A stretch of DNA of 43,129 nt from Campylobacterota bacterium (GCA_034722955.1 JAYEOM010000058.1:1-43129), one strand, 5' to 3'. Positions 30,029 to 40,353 are shown, numbered from the stretch's first letter. A program made the numbers and translations. Notes: a model not told the origin generated them from the sequence alone.

Positions 30029-30646
30029 ATGGAATTAAAATATGTAGGTGCAGAGCCAATCGTTTCAAAAAATGAGGTATCGTTTGATAAAAGCAGACCA
30101 GATAGTTATACTTTTCTAAATACAGTTGTTAAACTTTTGGAGGCATTGGATTCTGGTGCTGTAGCAGATGAGAAAACAATATATATTGAGCCAAAAACAA
30201 TCAAAGATTATAGCGATAGTCAACTGCTTGAGCATCTTCAAAAGCTATGCAGTAACATAGATGATATTTTGGCTGTTCGTGAAGAGAAAACAGATGATAT
30301 GATAGAAAAGTATATCAATAGAGTCAAAGAAAATGATACTCTTACTCCAGATGAGCGTACAGCTTGGCTTGGTAATATCAATATCATGCGTGACTACTAT
30401 ATGCAATATATTACCAATGAAAATGTCTATCATTATGCACTAGATACATTGGCAGATAAGCTCCACAGTTCACATATCGATCAGATTATATTCCCGCTCG
30501 GCAAAAATATTGGTCTTGTAATGAGTCATTTGATTCCTCTGCTTACGGAACACAGACCTCCTTATGATGCTACTATGAGTGTAGAAGAGAGAGATGGTGA
30601 AGTAGTTGCTGTATTTGACATGAATCGGTCAAAGCCTTTGAGTTAA
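30029..30646 (+). CDS. Hypothetical protein upstream of gdhA
   Basis: AAGGA RBS, ATG 30029, 205-aa acidic soluble ORF with no recognised motif. Confidence 0.8.
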   Translation: MELKYVGAEPIVSKNEVSFDKSRPDSYTFLNTVVKLLEALDSGAVADEKTIYIEPKTIKDYSDSQLLEHLQKLCSNIDDILAVREEKTDDMIEKYINRVKENDTLTPDERTAWLGNINIMRDYYMQYITNENVYHYALDTLADKLHSSHIDQIIFPLGKNIGLVMSHLIPLLTEHRPPYDATMSVEERDGEVVAVFDMNRSKPLS

Positions 30647-30662
30647 TTTTTTAGGAGATAAA

Positions 30663-32060
30663 GTGATGACTACCAAAAAAGAAAAACTCGAAACAGAGGA
30701 GCTTATGAAAAGAGCCAGAGAGACTATCGCTGCTCTCAAAAATCCTAATTGTGCCGAGGATGATGTTTTTTTCCAAGCTATGGAGGAGGTTTTGCTCTCT
30801 GTAACACCACTCTATCTCTCTGACTCCAAATATAAAAAACATGCTATTGTCAAAAGATTGGTCAAGCCAGATAGAGTTATCAAATTTAAAGTAGAGTGGA
30901 TAGATGACAACAATGAAGTTCAAGTCAATACAGGATTTAGAGTGCAATTCAACAATGCACTAGGTCCATACAAAGGCGGTCTTCGTTTCCACCCTTCAGT
31001 ACATGAGGGTATTTTGAAATTTTTAGGTTTTGAGCAGATACTCAAAAATGCATTGACAGGATTGCCTATAGGCGGGGCAAAGGGAGGCAGTGACTTTGAT
31101 CCTAAAGGCAAAAGTGATTTTGAAGTGATGAAGTTCTGCTCCGCCTTTATGAAAGAGTTGCAGAAATATATCGGTGCTCGCATGGATATCCCTGCCGGTG
31201 ATATCGGTGTAGGTGCTAGAGAGATAGGATATCTCTTTGGTGAGTATAAAAAGATCACCTCTACCTACGATGGTGTCTTGACAGGAAAACCTTTCTTTTT
31301 TGGCGGTTCGCTGATGAGACCGGAAGCGACTGGATATGGAGCCATCTATTTTACAGAGAAGATGCTTGAGACTGAAAACAGAGAGACTCTTAAAGGTAAG
31401 ATATGTGCCATCAGCGGTTCTGGCAATGTAGCACTTCATGCTATAGAAAAACTATATCATCTTGGTGCGATTCCTGTGACTTGCAGTGACTCGAAAGGTA
31501 CGGTTCATGACACAAGGGGGGTAGACTTGGAGCTACTCAAAGAGTTGAAGTTCAACCGCCGTGTATCTCTCAAAGAGTATACCAAAAAGCACTCAGAAGC
31601 ACTCTATATCCCTGTTGATAAGTATCCAGAAGGAGGGCATGCTACTTGGAGTATCCCATGTTTTGCTGCGTTCCCTTGTGCAACACAAAATGAACTTACC
31701 CTACTAGATGCCAAAACTTTAGTAAAAAATGGTTGTATCAGTGTTACAGAGGGTGCCAATATGCCTTCTGCTACTGATGCAATCAACTATTTCATTAAGA
31801 AAAAAATCTGTTTTGCCCCTGGAAAAGCTGCAAATGCAGGTGGAGTAGTAGTGAGTGGATTTGAGATGAGTCAGAATGCCCAAATGAGAAAGTGGGGCTT
31901 CAAAGAGGTTGATGCTAAACTCAAAGATACCATGATAGAGATATGTAATCGTGTATCATATACAGCTAGAGAGTATGGTGTAGAGGGTAACTATGTAGAT
32001 GGTGCCAATATAGCCGGATTTAAGAAAGTAGCCGATGCTATGGTCGCTGAGGGAGTTTAG
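30663..32060 (+). CDS. gdhA: NADP-specific glutamate dehydrogenase
   Basis: GPYKGGLRFHP, GGAKGGSDFDPKGKS, PAGDIGVG, RPEATGYG, SGSGNVA, EGANMP, KAANAGGV. Confidence 0.97.
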   Translation: MMTTKKEKLETEELMKRARETIAALKNPNCAEDDVFFQAMEEVLLSVTPLYLSDSKYKKHAIVKRLVKPDRVIKFKVEWIDDNNEVQVNTGFRVQFNNALGPYKGGLRFHPSVHEGILKFLGFEQILKNALTGLPIGGAKGGSDFDPKGKSDFEVMKFCSAFMKELQKYIGARMDIPAGDIGVGAREIGYLFGEYKKITSTYDGVLTGKPFFFGGSLMRPEATGYGAIYFTEKMLETENRETLKGKICAISGSGNVALHAIEKLYHLGAIPVTCSDSKGTVHDTRGVDLELLKELKFNRRVSLKEYTKKHSEALYIPVDKYPEGGHATWSIPCFAAFPCATQNELTLLDAKTLVKNGCISVTEGANMPSATDAINYFIKKKICFAPGKAANAGGVVVSGFEMSQNAQMRKWGFKEVDAKLKDTMIEICNRVSYTAREYGVEGNYVDGANIAGFKKVADAMVAEGV

Positions 32061-32083
32061 CCTAAGAGAGAGGAGATGGGTCA

Positions 32084-33688
32084 GTGAAAAAAAGTTTTAT
32101 ATATAACAGCATATTGTTGCTAAGTCTCACTCTATTTATCTTGGGTTGTGGCTCTTCCAAGTCCAATACCATCACTTTGATCGGTACTTCGGATCTGCAG
32201 GGGACGCTTGAGTCATCAAGGCAGGATTATGAGATCAACGGCAGCAAGGTGGAGATGGAGGGTGGAGGTATCAGTAGAGTTGCCTCTATTTTGAAACAAG
32301 CGAAGCATGAAAATCCTCTTGGTACTATCATCGCCTCAAATGGGGATGATCTGATGGGGCGTTATTTTCATACATTTAAAGGCGAGGCGATCTATACTTT
32401 GATGAGTCAGAGTGGATATGGGCTTTATGCAGCAGGCAATCATGAGTTCGATAAGGGACCTGAGGTATTTGCTCGTGCTTTGGAGTATGCCAAGTTTGAG
32501 ATGATCTGCTCTGATCTGCTCGTAGAAAATACTCCATTGGCGGGTAAATGTCTCCCCTACAAGATCATCCAGATGCAGGGTGCCAAGGTAGGGGTCTTCT
32601 CTCTTATGACAGAGGATCTGCCTCTAGTCACTTCACCTGGCAAAGTCAAGCTCAAGGCACCAAACTTTAAAATAGCAAAAGAGATGGTTGAGATACTGCG
32701 TCGTAAAAAGTGTGATATTATCATCGCCTTGACACATGTAGGTTTAGATCAGGATGAGTTGATAGCTAAAAATGTAACCGGTATCGATGTGATCTTTGGA
32801 GGACACTCTCATAAGGTTACCGATAAACTCGTCCGCATCAACGATACACTGATCTTTAATGGTGGAGAGCAGGGGAGTTATGTAGTAAAACTCAATCTTC
32901 CCCTAGATAGTCAACATCACATCAAAAAGAGAGAAGCAAAGTTTGATCGTATCCCCGTAGTAGATCCGATCAAGCCTGATAGTAGTGTAGAGGTATCACT
33001 TGATGGATATAAAAGTCAACTTCCTGCTACTGTGGTGCTAGGAGAGACTACTGTTCAGTGGAATTTGACAAGTGATGCTCTGAGACGAAACGAATCAAGT
33101 GTTGCAGATCTGGTCAATGATCTGCTGCGTGATAAGTTTCGTGTAGATATCGTGATGAATAATGCTGGTGCCTTTAGAGGCAAAAAAGTCTATCCGCCTG
33201 GCAATATAACTGATACAATGCTCCATAGCATAGATGAGTTCTCCAACAATGCCTATATACTCAATATCAAAGGGCAATACCTGCGAGAGATATTAGAGCA
33301 TAGTGCCACACATTATGGTGAGGGGGGATTGATGCAGGTCTCTGGTATACACTATACGATCGATCTAGGCAGAGAGGCACAAGTCGTCATACGCAAGAGT
33401 GACGGCAGTTGGGTAGTAGAGCAGCAGGGAGATCGTGTCAGTGAAGTCATGATCCAAGCAGCAGATGGTAGACTCTCTCCTTTGGAAGATGATAGAGTCT
33501 ATCAAGTTTTGTCAAATGCCTATCTAATCAATCACAATGGGGATGGATACTTCTGGTTCAAGAGGTATGGAGAAGATCAAAAAAATACCTATACAACCTT
33601 CTATACTGTGATGACCGGATATCTGGAAAATCACAAGATCTTGGATCCAAAACCACTCGATGGACGACTGAAGATTTTGAATAAATAA
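32084..33688 (+). CDS. Bifunctional metallophosphoesterase/5'-nucleotidase lipoprotein
   Basis: Lipobox ILGC, GDD, GNHEFD, LTHVG, GGHSH, C-terminal NAGAFR and VSG motifs. Confidence 0.9.
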   Translation: MKKSFIYNSILLLSLTLFILGCGSSKSNTITLIGTSDLQGTLESSRQDYEINGSKVEMEGGGISRVASILKQAKHENPLGTIIASNGDDLMGRYFHTFKGEAIYTLMSQSGYGLYAAGNHEFDKGPEVFARALEYAKFEMICSDLLVENTPLAGKCLPYKIIQMQGAKVGVFSLMTEDLPLVTSPGKVKLKAPNFKIAKEMVEILRRKKCDIIIALTHVGLDQDELIAKNVTGIDVIFGGHSHKVTDKLVRINDTLIFNGGEQGSYVVKLNLPLDSQHHIKKREAKFDRIPVVDPIKPDSSVEVSLDGYKSQLPATVVLGETTVQWNLTSDALRRNESSVADLVNDLLRDKFRVDIVMNNAGAFRGKKVYPPGNITDTMLHSIDEFSNNAYILNIKGQYLREILEHSATHYGEGGLMQVSGIHYTIDLGREAQVVIRKSDGSWVVEQQGDRVSEVMIQAADGRLSPLEDDRVYQVLSNAYLINHNGDGYFWFKRYGEDQKNTYTTFYTVMTGYLENHKILDPKPLDGRLKILNK

Positions 33689-33691
33689 AGC

Positions 33692-34258
33692 CTAATAGGG
33701 ACTCTCTCCTGTATAGTTGCCTGGAGGATTGTATTGGCAGACGATGATTGTGGCACTCTGGTCGATAGTGGTAGCTTTGCCACACCCGACCTCTGTACTC
33801 TCTTCCCATACAAGCTGTGTGTAGTGACCGCAGGCTTGACCTCCTGTGCAGCTGTTGCTAGCATAATCATAAAAGACCTTCTCTTCGTACCAGTTATTGA
33901 CTGCATCACTATAGTTCGCAACATCAAAAGAGACAAATAGGTTTTCGCCATATTGACTTTGGCTATGCTCTAGTTTGCCGTTGACTGCCAAGAGATCTGC
34001 ATGTGTTTGTGCAGATAGGGCTATCGATAGACTCCATGATACGGGTGAACCTACGAATACTTCGGCTCTGATCTCATTGCTTCTCTCTATCATTTTGCTG
34101 ATCTCTTCTGCCTCAGTGATAAACTCATCTGGTGTATCATCAGTTTTGAACTCATCGACAGCCTTATCTATAGCATACTCTACCAGCTGATCGGTTCCGC
34201 AACCTACAAAAAACAGTACTATAATAGAAAATATAAAAGTTTTTACTCTAAACATCAT
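33692..34258 (-). CDS. CAP/SCP (PR-1-like) domain lipoprotein
   Basis: Lipobox FVGC; HS..YGENL, WYEEK..YDY, CGHYTQLVW, VGCG, VCQYNPPGNY. Confidence 0.92.
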   Translation of the reverse strand: MMFRVKTFIFSIIVLFFVGCGTDQLVEYAIDKAVDEFKTDDTPDEFITEAEEISKMIERSNEIRAEVFVGSPVSWSLSIALSAQTHADLLAVNGKLEHSQSQYGENLFVSFDVANYSDAVNNWYEEKVFYDYASNSCTGGQACGHYTQLVWEESTEVGCGKATTIDQSATIIVCQYNPPGNYTGESPY

Positions 34259-34314
34259 TTAACCCCTGTAAAATATTGAAATTTGATTATACCCAAACAT
34301 TGTCTAGTTTATGG

Positions 34315-36123
34315 TTACTCTACTGTTACACTCTTTGCCAAGTTTCTAGGCATATCGACATCATTGCCCAGTCTGACAGAGATCTCTAGTGCCAAAATCT
34401 GTGTCACTACCATCATCTCAAAAAACTCTAACATAGGGTGAGTTGACTGCTCTGTCAGGATAGAGTCATCTGCAAGTTCAAATGTCTCTGGGGAGATCGC
34501 AAGGATGGTGGCATCCCTAGCACTGAGCTCCTCTACATTGCTCTTGATTTTGTCATATAGCACTGTTTTGGGCATAAGTGCGATGGTGAAGAGTTCACTA
34601 TCTGCTAGAGCTATAGGTCCATGTTTCATCTCTCCGGCAGGGTACCCCTCAGCATGGAGATAAGATATCTCTTTGAGTTTCAATGCCCCCTCCAGTGCCA
34701 ACGGATAGAAGATATCTCTACCTATAAAGAAGAATCCATGACCATGCAGATAACGCTTGGATAGTCTATGAAGTTTGTTGTGGAGAGTATCTGTGATGAG
34801 GAGGGCTTTTGGGGTATGACGCATCGCATCAAGCTCTATGCTCTTCTCCTCTGGGGTGATAGTCTGTCGTCTCTCTGACAGATATAGAGAGAGCATCCAT
34901 AGCACCATCACCTGTGTAGCAAATGCCTTGGTACTTGCTACACCCTTCTCGATACCTGCTCTTGTCAAGATAGTAGCATCACTCTCTCGTACTATGGATG
35001 AGTTATCTACATTACATACAGAGAGACTTTTGAGACCGGCTTGTTTTGCCATCTTTAGAGCCTCTAGTGTATCGGCGGTTTCACCACTTTGTGAAATAGT
35101 GATAAAGAGAGTTTGACTATCAAGCAGTGGCTCTCTGTATCTAAATTCACTAGCTATCTCGATATCACAGCGGACTTTGGAGAGTCGCTCAAAGAGATAA
35201 CTAGATGTCAATGCTGCATGGTAACTGGTGCCGCAAGCACAAATCTTGATCGCGTTGATCCCATCAAAAAAGTTGCTATCTAGCTCATCAAATATAATCT
35301 CACTATCATCAACACGCCCTATCATCGTATCACCAATAATGCTGGACTGCTCATAGATCTCTTTCTCCATAAAGAAGCGATAGCCATCTTTTTGTGCCAT
35401 TGCTTTGTCTGTAGCTAGAGGCTGTTTTTGAAATGATCTGCTCCCATCTCTATCAAAGAGTGTCACTTCTCCATCTTTGGTATATCCATAGTCACCATCT
35501 TCAAGATAATAGACCTCTGAAGCTCTGCCAATGATAGGGGTATCAGAAGAGGCAAAATAGATCTCCTCTTTATCAAACCCTATCAACATTGGGGAGCCGT
35601 TTTTGGCAAAAAAGATTGTATCTGGAGCAGTTTCGGTGATCAATAGCGTAGCATAAGCTCCCTCTAGCCGTGCAGTAGTTCTCTCAAAAGCTTCAAAGGA
35701 GTTAGAGGTAAGGTTGTAATACTTTTCAAAAAGATGAACTATGGTCTCTGTATCAGTTTGACTTAAAAAGACAAATCCATCCTCTTGAAGCTCTCTCTTC
35801 AACTCTTGATAGTTTTCGATGATACCATTGTGTACTACATAGCTATACTCTCCTCGGTGAGGGTGTGCATTGAGCTCTGTAGGCTTGCCATGGGTTGCCC
35901 AGCGAGTATGTCCGATAGAGATACCAAAGCCATCCGAATGAAAATCTTTGGTTTTGTCTCTGAGATTTTTGAGCTTTCCAATCGCCTTGAAATTACTAAG
36001 TTTTTCTTCTTTGATCACTGCTATACCGGCAGAGTCATAACCTCTATACTCTAGCTCTTGCAAGCCATGAAGGAGTATCTCTTTTTTCTCTTTACGACCT
36101 ATATATCCGACTATTCCACACAT
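34315..36123 (-). CDS. glmS: Glutamine--fructose-6-phosphate transaminase (isomerizing)
   Basis: MCGIVG, EYRGYDSAG, GHTRWATHG, SQSGETADT, PRNLAKSVTVE. Confidence 0.98.
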   Translation of the reverse strand: MCGIVGYIGRKEKKEILLHGLQELEYRGYDSAGIAVIKEEKLSNFKAIGKLKNLRDKTKDFHSDGFGISIGHTRWATHGKPTELNAHPHRGEYSYVVHNGIIENYQELKRELQEDGFVFLSQTDTETIVHLFEKYYNLTSNSFEAFERTTARLEGAYATLLITETAPDTIFFAKNGSPMLIGFDKEEIYFASSDTPIIGRASEVYYLEDGDYGYTKDGEVTLFDRDGSRSFQKQPLATDKAMAQKDGYRFFMEKEIYEQSSIIGDTMIGRVDDSEIIFDELDSNFFDGINAIKICACGTSYHAALTSSYLFERLSKVRCDIEIASEFRYREPLLDSQTLFITISQSGETADTLEALKMAKQAGLKSLSVCNVDNSSIVRESDATILTRAGIEKGVASTKAFATQVMVLWMLSLYLSERRQTITPEEKSIELDAMRHTPKALLITDTLHNKLHRLSKRYLHGHGFFFIGRDIFYPLALEGALKLKEISYLHAEGYPAGEMKHGPIALADSELFTIALMPKTVLYDKIKSNVEELSARDATILAISPETFELADDSILTEQSTHPMLEFFEMMVVTQILALEISVRLGNDVDMPRNLAKSVTVE

Positions 36124-36125
36124 AT

Positions 36126-38591
36126 TTAGCTGTCCATCCCTATCTTCTTGATAATATCTTCTATATTATGACAAAAGTTTCCATTCTTTTCGATGAGAAA
36201 CAGATCTCTCACGCGGTTCTTCTGCGTATGGATTTTTGCAGAGACGATATCTATACCAAGTTTATCAAAAAGTGTAATGATCGATGCGATAAGTCCTTTC
36301 TGGTCATGAGTGTGCAGCTGCATCTCGGCATAACTTTTTGCATGTCTGCAATCGATACTAATATCATCTTTTTTGATCTTTGGCATAGGAAGAGAGATCT
36401 CTTTGCCGGAGATAAATGACCTCTCTATATAAGACTCTATCAGAGGGATATCCTCCTCTTCAACTATCTCATTGAAATCAAACCGGAAGTATTTGAGTTC
36501 ATCTGAGAGTTTGCAGATATCCATATTGACAAGATTGAGACGAGATAGTTTGGAGAGGAGATAGCCCAAATGAAAATGACCTCTGCGTGTCACCTCTATA
36601 GTGAGAAATTTTTGATTTCTGATAGTGTAGATACTCTGCTGCATATCAAATGCTTCAGTTGCTATCTGAATGATCTTCTCTGGAGGATAGTGCAAAAAGA
36701 GAAGATTTGAGGGGACAGAGAGTATCCTCTTTTGAGTGGTTTTTTTGACTCTTTTGAACTGTTCTGAGTTTTTGAGTCTCTCCTCTTTTTTGACACGCTT
36801 TGCTGTCTCTGTCAGCATTTGGTTGTGTTTGAGACTCTCTATGGAGTGCTGGTATAGTGTGTGGAGAAGTCTTGCAGTAAAAGTATTGTATGTATCTACG
36901 CTCACTCCATTGATATCGGCATATGTCAAGATATAGATCATATCCAACATTTTTTTTGTTTTGAAATGGGATGCAAACTTGAGGATATTTTTCTCATCAT
37001 AGAGATCTTCTCTCTGGGCTATATTGCTCATAAGGGTGTGATTTTGGATGAGTATGACTCCTTGATCGACTTGGGATCGCTTGTATCCTAAAGTGTTGGC
37101 GAAGATCTTGAAAAGTGATGCACCCACCAAGGAGTGATCTCTTCTGCGTCCTTTGCCCGCATCATGAAAAAAAGTCACCAGCTTCAGCATCTCTCTATCC
37201 TCTCTGTTTAGCCCATCATAGAGTGACTTGATCAGCGGATCCTGGATATGTTCTAGGTGATAAACAGAGGAAAGCAGATGGATATTGACAGGAAATTGAT
37301 GGTATCCATCAAACTGAGGCAGATCAATGATCTTTTTGAGGGGAGGGAAGATATAGTTCAAGAGTCTGGCTCTAGATAGTGTATTGAGGGTAGAGTAGGC
37401 ATGTGGTTGCTGAAAAATCTGCCTAATGACAGGGTAATAACTCTTTGAAATCTTATCTGGCTTATCTGCATGGATGAGCTGCTGGAGCAGTGCCGGTGAT
37501 GCTTTGTACTCATCTGTTGCCTGAGTGACAAGTAGACGAAGATACTCTTTGAGGTTGCTGTTTTGGTTTGGAAATGCACCAAGAAGGGTTCTATCCTCTA
37601 TCCCATACTCTTTGACTAGGAGATCTGTCCAGATAGTTGTATATAGATATATGATTCTGAGACTGGAGAGTACCTTTTTTGAGAAACGCATGTAGGCATT
37701 TTTGCTATCTTCATACCCCAAATAGGATGCAACACCCGGGATGAGATCGAGACGAAGCCTATCCTCCTTTTTGCCTGCTACCAGATGAAGAGCAGAGCGG
37801 ACACGAAAAAGAAACTCCAGTGCAATGCGAAAGGCTCTATATTCACTCTCTATGATGATCGATTCGGGCAGTTGACCTATGCGGTCTATATCATAGCGAA
37901 TCTTTCCTAGCCAGTAGACAAGATTTGCATCCCTGAAACCTCCACGACCCTCCTTGAGGTTTGGTTCCATACTAAATGGATATTTATGGTGCAGTGCATG
38001 TTGCGCTTGCAACTTCTGCTCTATGTAAGATTTTGGGTTATCGTATCTCATAGTGTTGAGTATATTTTCTGCTTCAGTCCATAGGTGATGTGACCCCTCA
38101 ACAAAACGAGACTCTATCAATGCAGTTTTGATTGTGATATCACTCTGTGAAGCCTCTAGCAGCTCATCGACGGTATGGACACGATGCCCTAGCTTGAGAC
38201 CACAATCCCATATAAGATAGAGGATCTTTTCAATGATCTCTCTGGTATTGTATCCGGGTATCTCTCTATAGACAATAAGAAGATCGATATCAGAGTGTAC
38301 ACAGAGCTGTTCACGACCATAGCTCCCTAGTGCAGATAGTGTTAGAGGGAATGAATTTTTCATAGGTTGATAATCTTTGAACATACCATATAGTGCGATC
38401 TTGTAGATAAGCTTGATGATACTATCGATCTTTTTGGTATGTTTGACTAGAAAGTCTTTCCCTCCAGAGGTAGCAAAACTCTCATTTAGGGTTCCAAAAT
38501 ACTCCTTTATCTCATCTTTGAGGAGTTTTGCCATTTCAAAATCTTCAGAGTTTTCATAGAGCAGTAGTTCGATCTTCTCTTTTGTATTCAT
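36126..38591 (-). CDS. glnD: PII uridylyltransferase/uridylyl-removing enzyme
   Basis: ALGSYGR..HSDIDL NTase motif, EPNLKEGRGGFRD, QFDGYH, HDAGKG HD domain, C-terminal ACT-like DQKGL..AKIHT..RVRDLF. Confidence 0.88.
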   Translation of the reverse strand: MNTKEKIELLLYENSEDFEMAKLLKDEIKEYFGTLNESFATSGGKDFLVKHTKKIDSIIKLIYKIALYGMFKDYQPMKNSFPLTLSALGSYGREQLCVHSDIDLLIVYREIPGYNTREIIEKILYLIWDCGLKLGHRVHTVDELLEASQSDITIKTALIESRFVEGSHHLWTEAENILNTMRYDNPKSYIEQKLQAQHALHHKYPFSMEPNLKEGRGGFRDANLVYWLGKIRYDIDRIGQLPESIIIESEYRAFRIALEFLFRVRSALHLVAGKKEDRLRLDLIPGVASYLGYEDSKNAYMRFSKKVLSSLRIIYLYTTIWTDLLVKEYGIEDRTLLGAFPNQNSNLKEYLRLLVTQATDEYKASPALLQQLIHADKPDKISKSYYPVIRQIFQQPHAYSTLNTLSRARLLNYIFPPLKKIIDLPQFDGYHQFPVNIHLLSSVYHLEHIQDPLIKSLYDGLNREDREMLKLVTFFHDAGKGRRRDHSLVGASLFKIFANTLGYKRSQVDQGVILIQNHTLMSNIAQREDLYDEKNILKFASHFKTKKMLDMIYILTYADINGVSVDTYNTFTARLLHTLYQHSIESLKHNQMLTETAKRVKKEERLKNSEQFKRVKKTTQKRILSVPSNLLFLHYPPEKIIQIATEAFDMQQSIYTIRNQKFLTIEVTRRGHFHLGYLLSKLSRLNLVNMDICKLSDELKYFRFDFNEIVEEEDIPLIESYIERSFISGKEISLPMPKIKKDDISIDCRHAKSYAEMQLHTHDQKGLIASIITLFDKLGIDIVSAKIHTQKNRVRDLFLIEKNGNFCHNIEDIIKKIGMDS

Positions 38592-38651
38592 GCGTATAAG
38601 CCCTAAACTTTTAGTGCTATAATAGCATAAAAATTATCCAAAGAAGTAAAA

Positions 38652-39728
38652 ATGAATCATAGTAACTTGATCGATAGAGTCAAAAATGGTATACGCCTAA
38701 ATCAACAAGAGGGAGAGGAGTTATATGATCTGGATCTCTATAGACTTGGGGAGCTTGCCGACACAATCAGGAGAGAGAAGTATGGCAAGAAAAGTTACTT
38801 CAATATCAATCGCCACATCAACCCTACAAATATATGCAAAGATATTTGCAAATTTTGTGCCTACTCTGCAACGAGAAAAAACCCCAACCAATATGCCATG
38901 AGCCATGAAGAGATACTCTCTATCGCAAAAAAGTCTGTGGAGAGTGGTGCCAAAGAGGTGCATATAGTCTCTGCCCACAACCCAGAAGTTGGACTTGAGT
39001 GGTATATGGGAGCATTTAGAAAAGTCAAAGAGACATACCCGCATCTGCATGTCAAGGCATTGACTGCTGCGGAAGTTGATTTTCTTGCACGAGAGCATGG
39101 TATGAGTTATGATGAGGTGTTAGATCTCATGATAGAGAGTGGTGTAGACTCTATGCCTGGAGGGGGAGCAGAGATATTTGATGAGGATGTTCGAGACTTT
39201 ATCTGTAGAGGAAAGGTGACTTCTGATCAGTGGCTTGATATCCACCGCAAATGGCATCAGCGAGGTCGTATGAGTAATGTGACGATGCTATTTGGTCATG
39301 TCGAAGAGAGGAGACACCGTATAGATCATATGCTCCGTCTGCGTGACCTCCAAGATGAGACAGGAGGGTTTAACGCCTTTATCCCTCTAGTCTATCAAAG
39401 AGACAATAACTACTTGAGAGTCCAAGAGTACCCTACAGGTCAAGAGATACTCAAGACATATGCCATAAGCCGCATCCTTTTAGACAATATCCCACATATC
39501 AAGGCTTACTGGGTGACTGCCTCTATAGGTCTAGCTCTGATAGCTCAAGAGTTTGGAGCCGATGATCTGGATGGTACGATCGAACAAGAGTCTATACAGT
39601 CAGCCGCAGGTGCAGCGAGCAGTCAAGGCATGAAGCTAGATGAGTTTATAGGATTGATCAGAAATAGTGGGTTTACCCCTGTTGAGAGAGATAGCCTCTA
39701 TAGTGAGCTGAAGGTCTATGATAGATAG
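38652..39728 (+). CDS. mqnE: Aminofutalosine synthase (radical SAM, futalosine menaquinone pathway)
   Basis: NRHINPTNICKDICKFC, MPGGGAEIF, TMLFGHVE, HIKAYW, FGADDLDGT, ERDSLY. Confidence 0.9.
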   Translation: MNHSNLIDRVKNGIRLNQQEGEELYDLDLYRLGELADTIRREKYGKKSYFNINRHINPTNICKDICKFCAYSATRKNPNQYAMSHEEILSIAKKSVESGAKEVHIVSAHNPEVGLEWYMGAFRKVKETYPHLHVKALTAAEVDFLAREHGMSYDEVLDLMIESGVDSMPGGGAEIFDEDVRDFICRGKVTSDQWLDIHRKWHQRGRMSNVTMLFGHVEERRHRIDHMLRLRDLQDETGGFNAFIPLVYQRDNNYLRVQEYPTGQEILKTYAISRILLDNIPHIKAYWVTASIGLALIAQEFGADDLDGTIEQESIQSAAGAASSQGMKLDEFIGLIRNSGFTPVERDSLYSELKVYDR

Positions 39729-39746
39729 AGATGCCCTAGAGATATT

Positions 39747-39768
39747 CTGCTTGCAGGCAGCTTTTTTT
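39747..39768 (+). terminator. Probable intrinsic terminator after mqnE
   Basis: CTGCT-TGCA-GGCAG stem followed by C and 7 T. Confidence 0.5.
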
Positions 39769-39769
39769 C

Positions 39770-39830
39770 GTAGGTTTGGCAGTGCCAAACGCTATATATG
39801 TGATGTGGTGCATTGGGAAACACACCCTTC
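39770..39830. repeat. REP-like inverted doublet
   Basis: GTAG-led palindrome GTTTGGCA-G-TGCCAAAC on +, and GAAG-GGTGTGTT..AATGCACC on -. Confidence 0.45.
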
Positions 39831-40263
39831 AGTCACATTTTAACCCTACATTTCTCATAATATATCTCCAGTCAAGATCAAAATGTTTATAGATATAGTT
39901 TCTACTATGCGGTATAAGACATTTTGAGCAATCTTGATGAATCTGCTCTCCGTAGATAGCCTCTTCTCCATCTTTTGATTTGATACTACAGCTGCTATAT
40001 TCTGTATTTTGATCTATCTTTCGAATGCCATCATCATCAAATCTAAAATTGGGACAGGCACATAAGTAGCAGTTCAAATCTTCCACATCATGACACTTCT
40101 CGTTTTTGGCATAAAGCGGACAAAAATCTATCTCCTCTCTACAGATATTTTCAAACTCAAAATAGTCTATGATCTGCTCTTTTGTATACTTTTGTTCCAA
40201 TAACTTGTCAACTATCTGCTTATGTTTTTTGGCATGATTGTCAAACCATATCTTGTAGCCCAT
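39829..40263 (-). CDS. Cysteine-rich small-domain hypothetical protein (putative metal binding)
   Basis: FCPLY..KCH..LNCYLCACP..DCSKCLIPH; probable start ATG 40263 after an AGGAG RBS. Confidence 0.8.
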   Translation of the reverse strand: MGYKIWFDNHAKKHKQIVDKLLEQKYTKEQIIDYFEFENICREEIDFCPLYAKNEKCHDVEDLNCYLCACPNFRFDDDGIRKIDQNTEYSSCSIKSKDGEEAIYGEQIHQDCSKCLIPHSRNYIYKHFDLDWRYIMRNVGLKCD

Positions 40264-40301
40264 CGTCTCTCCTGATATTGAGTCCAAATTGCTCCTAGAG
40301 T

Positions 40302-40334
40302 TGTAATCAAACTGTAATCATCATATTTTATACT
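40302..40334 (+). promoter_or_regulatory. PHO-box-like direct repeat and -10 box
   Basis: TGTAATCA at 40302-40309 and 40313-40320 (11-bp period typical of OmpR/PhoB sites), then TATACT at 40329-40334. Confidence 0.65.
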
Positions 40335-40353
40335 TCCCGCATGGAAGCCTAAA

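Noticed and set aside
36123..36126. glmS ribozyme
   Set aside because: glmS starts 2 nt after the glnD stop, leaving no leader.
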